Of a stretch of 32,000 nt of DNA, positions 28,601 through 32,000 are shown piece after piece. A program made the translations under genes and the position numbers. Under the pieces are notes generated by a model. That model saw only the letters and a list, made by a program, of their open reading frames with translations, was not told where the DNA came from and ran no database searches. Each line of letters begins with the position of its first letter. Positions within the stretch are counted from its first letter, which is position 1. This DNA is from Candidatus Methanoperedens sp. (GTDB lineage Archaea > Halobacteriota > Methanosarcinia > Methanosarcinales > Methanoperedenaceae), in assembly GCA_027460535.1 (NCBI GenBank), contig JAPZAR010000009.1, positions 47,819 through 79,818 of the forward strand, in the 5' to 3' direction.

Positions 28601-29715
28601 GTGTGACCGGTGCCAGTTATACTAACACCAGTGCAGTCCTTGGAGTATGGAACATAACAGCCACTGCAACCAATTCCAATGGTGTTGTATCACAGGTATG
28701 GATGTGGAACGTGGCAGCAGCACCAACCCCGGCACCCACTCGGAAATCTGTTACCGGCGGCGGTGGGGGTGGCGGAGGTGGAGAAGGCGCAAAATCCTCG
28801 GAACCGCCCATAAACATTGAGTCGTTTGAGCTTGCGGAACAATACTTAGGAGCAAATACTCCTGCCTCTTATATATTCACTACACCAAACCTTGTAATTT
28901 CTGAAGTGTTAATAACTCCTGCAAGGAACTTTGGAACTACAAGCATAAGAATAGAAACGCTCAAAAATTTATCAAACAGAGAAGGGATGACACCACCCCC
29001 AGGAATTGTTTATAAATATGTTAATATCTGGGTCGGTGCAGGGGATATCGATAGTCCAGACAGCATCATAGACGCATTCATAGGGTTTGAAGTCGATCGC
29101 GGCTGGCTTGCGCAGAATAACCTTGAGGAGAATAATATAAGACTTCTTAGATGGGACGGAAGCAAGTGGAACTCGCTGGATACTCAGCCAACGAGCAGTG
29201 ATGAAACATTCGCATATTATTATTCAAGAACCAACGCATTCTCGCCTTTTGCAATAGTTGCCCTTCCCCTTTATCCATCTGCCACAGCTCAGGCAGGCGA
29301 AACTCCAATAACAGAGGCTCCAATGCAAGAGCTAATAAAACAGTTGGCGGTAGAACGGGTATCCTGGCTGTGGATGTATGCATTAATTGCTTTGATACTT
29401 ATCAGCCTTGCCCTTTATAAATTAAGTAAATACCAAAAAAAGGCAATTAAAGTTTATGAAGCTGTGGCGATAAAGCCAGAGAATGCCGATGCATGGTATG
29501 GTAAAGGCGCCGAGCTTCAGGAGATAGGGAAATACGAAGAGGCAATAAAATCTTATGATAAGGCTATAGAGATAAATCCAGAATATTCCAATGCTTGGAA
29601 TAACAAAGGTTTTGCCCTCTATGAATTAGGGAAATACGAAGAGGCAGCAAAGGCATATGATAAAGCAAGAGAGATAATCCATCGAAGCAGGCAATCGGAT
29701 GAGGACTCTTTATGA
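19690..29715 (+). CDS. Giant (3341-aa) modular surface glycoprotein with a PGF-pre-PGF domain, TM helix and cytoplasmic TPR tail
   Basis: The ORF track start at 19672 is a TTG. ATG 19690 gives the signal peptide MRLFIYLIGIALIIGVASA/DV. Modules, read by eye, in order: five FN3-like plus cadherin-like/He_PIG pairs (acidic DxDxDGD motifs); an FN3 with a CBM9-like insert; a CarboxypepD_reg-like domain; eight 107-aa CARDB/NEW3-like repeats; a seven-unit Asp-box propeller; five NVTWYING-type Ig-like modules; a G9 linker; a PGF-pre-PGF domain; TM; TPRs. Confidence 0.9.
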   Translation: MRLFIYLIGIALIIGVASADVSIVDDTLFNLGNGAFIKVLAVQNSTNITVYSSTNSPASTLQFYINGTAIRFTANTNKTLSNISYDNATDVVTYTGNGTDGYLNVSTRMQVSSVNYGLKVDGVVDQRQQSNATGWVTFNYTGWSPNLHVFEISNRTYIPPAPTNLINVSDNFYVNHSWQAGSGNITDSYNVSVNGTWHNGANSTYYNNSGLAPHGWSNISVYSYNSSGTGTMNTTAVSQNTRVPDNPVTITNISDSYNLNDSETLYIAANCTDIDGDTCIFNRNFTQGTFDSSTGILNWQAGYGNYSWQINVTDGFGSVSRKNFTVAVNDIHPPSQVTNFHNSTIPTADSVNVAWNASNDGANGSGIKEYRIERTNESFNYMTIDRPIINATGIASGYENDSYWYTFKTNEPVNCQGCHVNGRTRIGNFWTKYNTTYLYVMVHAPDNDTNISDDNISLAFDVNRDSGTAPQPDDQMYEITEQNNLLRYTGNGTDWVANSTSAVSAVAGAGSKAPVYEIRIPLSEIGSPSNNTPINFLFENVCTGSGDFIERHTYFPKNPNASEKDPSSWGLITFRSLTDYVQIANPSGTSYMIADLKDGFRYDFTAKAVDNVGNTGQRSDPLIIQTAGDLGYNISGYVFNYLGNPIPNVRVQTPKDYIVSSHSNGDYFLEELINFTYDVTASSGVYSSDITQVTVNGADVHNVNITIPHITVNATDLVTACGNFYCNSTWTAGGNTTSFNISQNETWYNGTTNNYFNVSISPHEYSNITVSGYNDYTTALSIGSVTQNTSIQNNPVTIGNISDNYSLIEGQTLIIYPNSTDADSDTPTFARNFTNGTFYTNNGTMLWTTTGSDIGIHSWQINVTDGYGSVSSANFTVTVNSFEVSLTNISALTNTTFAGTNAIYILNLTNNGTAGADTYNLTIDNTNGASASLNVSPDFVYVPQAGSVIFALNVTNASSGIFRVNVTATSVNNSNKIAYINTTTTVNAVRAVSLSVDPTARTTSAGTNATYVLNITNNGSDPDTYTLLVTNASSASVALLNISSPTSTLGSGQSLILALNVTNTSSGTFLVNVTATSSSDATKFAYVNTTTTVNAVRAVNLTVNPSEQATSTGTNATYLLNLTNNGTDADTYTLVVTNANNASTALLNTSLSQSLNAGQSLILALNVTNSSAGSGTFNVNVSATSSDPTKFAFVNTTTTVNAVRAANLTVNPGEQATSTGTNATYILNLTNNGTDADTYTLLVTNSSSASVALLNISSPTSTLSPGQSLIFALNVTNASLGTFLVNVTATSSNDATKFGYVNTTTTVNAVRAVSLTVNTAAQTTSAGTNATYVLNLTNNGTDADTYTLLVTNSSSASVALLNISSPTSMLSPGQSLIFALNVTNTSSGTFKVNVTATSSSDATKFAYVNTTTTVNAVRAVSLSIDAPSKDTDAGVNATYVLNLTNNGSDPDSYALLVTNASNASVAALNISSPTSTLSPGQSLIFALNVTNTSSGTFKVNVTAISQGNNSKFASVNTTTVMGAIRGVSLSIDAPSKSTDAGVNATYVLNLTNNGTDADTYTLLVTNSSSASVALLNISSPTSTLGSGQSLIFALNVTNTSSGNFSVNVTATSSINATKFAYVNTTTAVNAVRAVSLTINTTAQTTSAGTNATYILNLTNNGTDADTYTLIVTNANSASTALLNTSLSQSLNAGQSVIFALNVTNTSSGTFLVNVTATSGNDATKFAYVNTTTIVNAVPTYIPPTPTDLSSTQGNFWINYTWSAGSGSVTDSYNVSVNGTWHNGTNSTYYNNSGLAPHGWSNISVYSFNNSGTGTLNSTAVSQNTRVPNNVPVQASIGNKNVYENETLSFTVSATDADGDTMTFGTNASKGSLNTTTGLFTWTPTFGDSGIYVWYFNSSDGYEGIATETITVTVNNIPLTITSRSPGTDPTTIVDTGQTFTVNLNRSANVTWYINGISVQGNTSITSASYTNLTSGVGVHNLTAMVSDAFDTTPTMWNWTVTAFPTHMPPTPSNLTSSTGYYFVNHSWQAGDGNVTDSYNVSVNGTWQNDTTGTYYNNSGLSAHGWSNISVYSFNTSGTGALNETPVTANTQVPNNVPVLTPIVDKVVTAGIWLNFTVVATDADGDPLTYGTNATRGALDPASGNFNWSTTGSDVGTYVWYFSSSDTYGGVASGTITVTVTAAPTYLPPSPVNLASTTGNFYVNHTWNAGSGNVTHSYKVSVNGTFQNIGLNWSAGIPVGVGILALTYAGNGTVIAGDYSNGNIYRSTDYGQTWGAGISVGSSIGGLTYTGNGVIIAADSNNGNIYRSTDYGQTWSAGIPVGSAIFELTYAENGTVIAADSNNGNIYRSTDYGQTWSAGIPVGSVYYASTYAGNGTVIAGDYANGNIYRSTDYGQTWSAGIPVGSSIGVITYAGNGIVFAADSNNGNIYRSTDYGQTWSAGIPVGSVIFALTYAGNGIVIAGEDSDGDIYRSTDYGQTWSADILVGSGIDGIIYIGNGIVIAGDYKNGNIYRSDPTYTTHTYYNNSGLSAHGWSNISVYSFNNSGTGTLNETPVTANTQVPNNPVSIGNVSSSYTLTAGDMLSIYPTSSDLDGDTPTFASNFTNGTFYANNGTLFWTTTGSDEGIHSWQINVTDGYGSVSFANFTVTVTAVLAPNITSWGNNKTNNESLTLTLNNSEGIRFNATANQSITTWTWFQDDVNQNNNYDNFSTSLTGGNHTIKVNATNGNGVSNTITWIVTITPTPTISPVITGFAPSSPVIDIVGATRTFNITVNQTVNVTWYVNGTQAQTNTSVTNAGYTNASAGLGVWNVTATAANSNGVVSQVWIWNVTAAPSGAPNITSFAPSSPVNDIVGVTRIFNITVNQTVNVTWYINGTQAQTNISVTDASYTNTSAVLGVWNISANAANSNGVVSQAWIWNVTAAPTGTPNITSFAPASPVNDIVGATRTFNIIVNQIVNITWYINGTQVQTSMSVTGASYTNTSAVLGVWNITATATNSNGVVSQVWMWNVAAAPTPAPTRKSVTGGGGGGGGGEGAKSSEPPINIESFELAEQYLGANTPASYIFTTPNLVISEVLITPARNFGTTSIRIETLKNLSNREGMTPPPGIVYKYVNIWVGAGDIDSPDSIIDAFIGFEVDRGWLAQNNLEENNIRLLRWDGSKWNSLDTQPTSSDETFAYYYSRTNAFSPFAIVALPLYPSATAQAGETPITEAPMQELIKQLAVERVSWLWMYALIALILISLALYKLSKYQKKAIKVYEAVAIKPENADAWYGKGAELQEIGKYEEAIKSYDKAIEINPEYSNAWNNKGFALYELGKYEEAAKAYDKAREIIHRSRQSDEDSL
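20932..20946 (+). other. CXXCH motif (CQGCH), candidate covalent haem c site
   Basis: tgt cag gga tgc cac is in frame. It uses two of the seven Cys I counted by eye in the 3341-aa protein. It lies ~25 aa before the CBM9/DOMON-like core (TYLYVMVHAPDND). The motif is certain; the function is speculative. Confidence 0.35.
22342..24900 (+). repeat. In-frame tandem array, 8 x ~321 bp (107-108 aa CARDB/NEW3-like domain)
   Basis: Unit starts fall at 22342, 22666, 22987, 23308, 23629, 23950, 24271 and 24592. The conserved core is GTNATY(V/I/L)LNLTNNGTDADTYTL...ALNVTNTSSGTF.VNVTATS...KFAYVNTTTTVNAVRAV. Confidence 0.95.
26380..27230 (+). repeat. In-frame tandem array, 7 x 123 bp (41-aa Asp-box/BNR blades)
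   Basis: ggt(aat/gat)at(t/c)tatcgttc recurs at 26470, 26593, 26716, 26839, 26962, 27085 and 27208, an exact 123-bp period. The unit is SAGIPVGS.I..LTYAGNG.VIA.D..NGNIYRSTDYGQTW, and STDYGQTW fits S-x-D-x-G-x-T-W. Confidence 0.95.
27925..28734 (+). repeat. In-frame tandem array, 3 x 270 bp (90-aa Ig-like module)
   Basis: Units start at 27925, 28195 and 28465. The unit is P(N/V)IT.FAP.SPV.DIVGATRTFNITVNQTVNVTWYINGTQAQTN.SVT.A.YTNTSA.LGVWN.TA.A.NSNGVVSQVW.WNVTAAP. More divergent copies lie at ~25435 and ~27640. Confidence 0.9.
28798..29265 (+). other. PGF-pre-PGF domain (TIGR04213-like) of the giant protein
   Basis: SEPPINIESFE...VYKYVNIWVGAG...IGFEVDRGWLAQNNLEENNIRLLRWDGSKWNSLDT...AFSPFAIVA is colinear with 10501..10950 in the PGF-CTERM protein. 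Both domains are preceded by a poly-Gly linker. Confidence 0.75.
29365..29690 (+). other. TM helix plus TPR tail module
   Basis: WLWMYALIALILISLALY-KLSKYQKK-AIKVYEAVAIKPENADAWYGKGAELQEIGKYEEAIKSYDKAIEINPEYSNAWNNKGFALYELGKYEEAAKAYDKAREIIHR. By my hand alignment it is ~70% identical to the tail of the 14045..16786 protein. Confidence 0.8.
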
Positions 29716-29884
29716 ATGGTCTTTAATTTATTCTGTTCTTAACAATGCTTTGCAGCATAAGAGTAAAGATGCCACCTATGTCTCCCTGGATGTACTGAGG
29801 CTGATACGTGAGGCAGAAGACAAGGTGAAACGGCTTGCTCCAGGTGAATATAGAAAAATTCTTATAGATGCTGTAAATCCTTGA
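29699..29884 (+). CDS. Hypothetical small protein (61 aa), paralogue of the next ORF
   Basis: The ATG overlaps the giant gene's end by 17 nt. It shares the ALxHKS...LxxDxLRxIxExDxKxK pattern with 29907..30164. No family recognised. Confidence 0.3.
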   Translation: MRTLYEWSLIYSVLNNALQHKSKDATYVSLDVLRLIREAEDKVKRLAPGEYRKILIDAVNP

Positions 29885-29906
29885 CGTCTTAATTGATTAC
29901 GAAATT

Positions 29907-30164
29907 GTGGGAAATTATAAGAACTTACGGAAAGCATTGCTGCATAAAAGCGATACTGTTGCGCATTTGGCCATAGACCTTCTCAGGAAAATCAAAGAGG
30001 AAGATCAGAAAATTAAGGAAATAGAGCAACTCACGCAAAAGGGAACGAATCTCCAGATACAAAATGTGAGTTTTTTATGCACAATATTGAAAAAAATCAA
30101 AGAAGATCGACATCCAATTTTAATGAGCATTAAAAAGATAGAAAAGTATAATAGCATGACATGA
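29907..30164 (+). CDS. Hypothetical small protein (85 aa), paralogue of the previous ORF
   Basis: GTG start. KALLHKSDTVAHLAIDLLRKIKEEDQKIKEI aligns with NALQHKSKDATYVSLDVLRLIREAEDKVKRL. Confidence 0.3.
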   Translation: MGNYKNLRKALLHKSDTVAHLAIDLLRKIKEEDQKIKEIEQLTQKGTNLQIQNVSFLCTILKKIKEDRHPILMSIKKIEKYNSMT

Positions 30165-30498
30165 CATAACATTCAATGACCTGTACATAGGATAAATCGT
30201 AATGATGTCATGGCTGGGATAAGGTAAGTCAAATTGATTCTTTGATAGGAGAGTCTATCGACTTTCAGTAATTAATCCACCACATATTGTTGCGATTATA
30301 AAAGATAGTAGGATGGGAGGAATATAAAAATGAACTTAAAAATGGTAATGGTATTGTTGACTCTGGCTTTTATCCAGGGAGCGTCAGCACAACATACCCA
30401 AAACGCTGCGTGCGAATCTGCAGGTTGTCATAAGTACCCATCGGTATTTCTAAAAAATACCGTAAGTATACAGGGTATGTAACAATCAGGAGGTTATC

Positions 30499-32000
30499 AT
30501 GAAAAATAGAAATATTAAAAAATATAGAATCTTGAGACAAAGTGTGATGATCTCGATTATATTTTTCTCAATAGTAGTTTCTATCAATGCGGCAAGTGCT
30601 GTCGATAAAACGTACTACTGGACCCCATCGTCAGGAGCTATAGGTTCGTCAGGATTTACAGCCGACTGGGGAAATTGTAATGCTAAACCAACTTCTTACA
30701 GAATCACTACGCTCACCAGTACAGGATTCACATGCCTCAGCGATTATTTGACAAAGACTACATCTGGCGACCAGTATCTGGCAATTTATCCTACAGCATA
30801 TAGTTCTGATACTAAAATAGCAGGCAAAACAGGTGCTACTTTTTATTTGTCAAGTCAAAAGGCCGGCTATACTGCAACATATCGCTTTGATATGGGATAT
30901 GCTGTGGGAGGCACTTTTACATCATTGGGATATGTGACACAGAGTTCTTATAAAGGTAAAAACAATATCATAAATCTGAGTAACATTAGCGGTACCGCCC
31001 CCGCGGGATCATATCTTGCATTGAAAGTCTCGGTAACAACTTCAAAGGGCGGAAGAGTAAATCTGGGAACAAATGGTGGTTCTACCGGCTCAAACAGCGG
31101 CCGTTTCTATGTTACAGAGACCGCTGCAGCACCTACCCCGTTAAACGGAACGAGTCTGACAAATATAACACCACTCACCCAGTCAACTGTTGCTAGCGTG
31201 AATGCCACCTACGTGCTCAACCTCACCAATACCGGCAGTCTGACAGATAACTATATACTCACAACCTCAAATTCAGGCAGTGCACTTATTGGTCTGAATA
31301 TTTCATCGCCAGTGATGCTGGCTTCAGGAGCAAGCCAGATATTCCGTCTGAACGTTACAAAAGCGTCTGCAGGCAAATTCAATGTCAACGTCACAGCCAC
31401 ATCGCAGAATGATCCAACCAAGGTTGCGTTCGTAAATACCACAACCAATGTTACAGTGACCGCACCGCCGTTAAACGGTACGAGTCTCACCAATGTGACT
31501 TCGCTCAGCGCAACAGTGGTTGCTAGCGTGAATGCCACCTATGTGCTCAACCTCACCAATACCGGCAGTCTGACAGATAACTACATACTCACAACCTCAA
31601 ATCCAGGCAGTGCACTTATTGGTCTGAATATTTCATCGCCAGTGATGCTGGCTTCAGGAGCGAGCCAGATATTCCGTCTGAACGTTACAAAAGCGTCTGC
31701 AGGCAAATTCAATGTCAACGTCACAGCCACATCACAGAATGATCCAACCAAGGTTGCGTTCCTAAATACCACAACCAATGTTACAGTAACAGCGCTCGGA
31801 GCACCTAATATAACCAGTTTTGCTCCGCCTTCGCCTGCAAATGATATCGTGGGTGCAACTCGAACATTCAGCATCACCGTTAACCAGAGCGTGAACGTAA
31901 CCTGGTATATCAACGGAACTTTGGTTCAGACAAATACGGGTGTGACTAATGCCGGTTATACCAACACCAGTGCAGGACTTGGCGTATGGAACATAACAGC
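30499..32000 (+). CDS. Secreted modular surface glycoprotein, N-terminal 500 aa (continues beyond the right edge)
   Basis: Absent from the ORF track because there is no stop in the window. I translated 30499..31998 and found no stop codon. GGAGG at 30489..30493 lies 5 nt before the ATG. Signal peptide: MKNRNIKKYRILRQSVMISIIFFSIVVSINAASA. After a unique ~180-aa N-terminal domain come two 110-aa CARDB/NEW3-like repeats and an APNITSFAP...NVTWYING module homologous to those in the giant protein. Confidence 0.85.
   Translation, partial: MKNRNIKKYRILRQSVMISIIFFSIVVSINAASAVDKTYYWTPSSGAIGSSGFTADWGNCNAKPTSYRITTLTSTGFTCLSDYLTKTTSGDQYLAIYPTAYSSDTKIAGKTGATFYLSSQKAGYTATYRFDMGYAVGGTFTSLGYVTQSSYKGKNNIINLSNISGTAPAGSYLALKVSVTTSKGGRVNLGTNGGSTGSNSGRFYVTETAAAPTPLNGTSLTNITPLTQSTVASVNATYVLNLTNTGSLTDNYILTTSNSGSALIGLNISSPVMLASGASQIFRLNVTKASAGKFNVNVTATSQNDPTKVAFVNTTTNVTVTAPPLNGTSLTNVTSLSATVVASVNATYVLNLTNTGSLTDNYILTTSNPGSALIGLNISSPVMLASGASQIFRLNVTKASAGKFNVNVTATSQNDPTKVAFLNTTTNVTVTALGAPNITSFAPPSPANDIVGATRTFSITVNQSVNVTWYINGTLVQTNTGVTNAGYTNTSAGLGVWNIT
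31141..31800 (+). repeat. Tandem duplication, 2 x 330 bp
   Basis: 31141..31470 and 31471..31800 differ mainly in the first ~45 nt. After that I see only about six substitutions. Confidence 0.95.

Noticed and set aside
27834-28817. Four periodic minus-strand ORFs (27834..28034, 28077..28304, 28347..28574, 28617..28817). Similar ones occur at 31251..31538, 31581..31913 and within 20023..25830.
   Set aside because: These are antisense artefacts of in-frame tandem modules of the giant gene and the 30499 gene. They have no independent start context and all lie inside long, well-supported plus-strand frames.
30329-30433. A short ORF with a GGGAGGA Shine-Dalgarno and a signal-peptide-like sequence (MNLKMVMVLLTLAFIQGASAQHTQNAACESARLS*)
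   Set aside because: It has only 34 codons. On first reading I mis-framed it as longer, and careful re-reading shows a TAA at 30431..30433. It is too short to support without conservation or expression data, although the Shine-Dalgarno and signal-like start keep it a possible micro-protein.
31141-31800. A diversity-generating retroelement (template/variable repeat pair) as the explanation for the near-identical 330-bp copies
   Set aside because: The mismatches I listed (t/c, t/c, t/c, a/g, g/a, g/c) are not adenine-specific. No reverse transcriptase or accessory gene is in the window, and the copies are tandem coding domains.
1-32000. Attribution of the window to a Borg-like or other giant extrachromosomal element, because of the near-perfect in-gene tandem repeats
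   Set aside because: Repeats alone are not diagnostic. The window carries the housekeeping gene mfnA and has genes on both strands. It holds no element-specific markers that I can recognise. The replicon cannot be decided from this sequence.

Overview
Archaeal segment, probably from a methanogen or ANME-type euryarchaeon. This is inferred from a PGF-CTERM/PGF-pre-PGF surface protein, an archaellin-type class III signal peptide and an MfnA tyrosine decarboxylase. There are three zones. (1) 1-9050: a tightly packed minus-strand glycan-biosynthesis operon. It holds a SAM methyltransferase, two B12-binding radical SAM enzymes, an SDR sugar epimerase, one GT4, three GT2s, a small zinc-ribbon protein and a GT4 gene remnant. 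Base composition inside it is visibly patchy. (2) 9352-13728: a canonical PGF-CTERM surface glycoprotein, a DUF116-like Cys-rich protein, mfnA and a small membrane protein. (3) 14045-32000: a surface-protein island. A 913-aa DUF11-repeat protein (minus strand) and a 3341-aa modular protein (plus strand) diverge from a core. The core holds an archaellin-N-terminus-like mini-gene, a wHTH gene, a transposase-like Zn-ribbon/HTH gene and a tail-fibre-like repeat protein. A third module-sharing surface protein runs off the right edge. Most notable observations: both big proteins end in a homologous TM helix plus cytoplasmic TPR tail, and in the giant this follows a PGF-pre-PGF domain that normally precedes PGF-CTERM; a seven-blade Asp-box propeller of near-identical 123-bp units sits inside an FN3-like module; a second FN3 carries a CBM9/DOMON-like insert with a lone CXXCH motif; there are several long in-frame tandem arrays and very dense N-x-S/T sequons. 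No rRNA, tRNA or CRISPR array was found. All family assignments rest on motif recognition by eye, not on searches.
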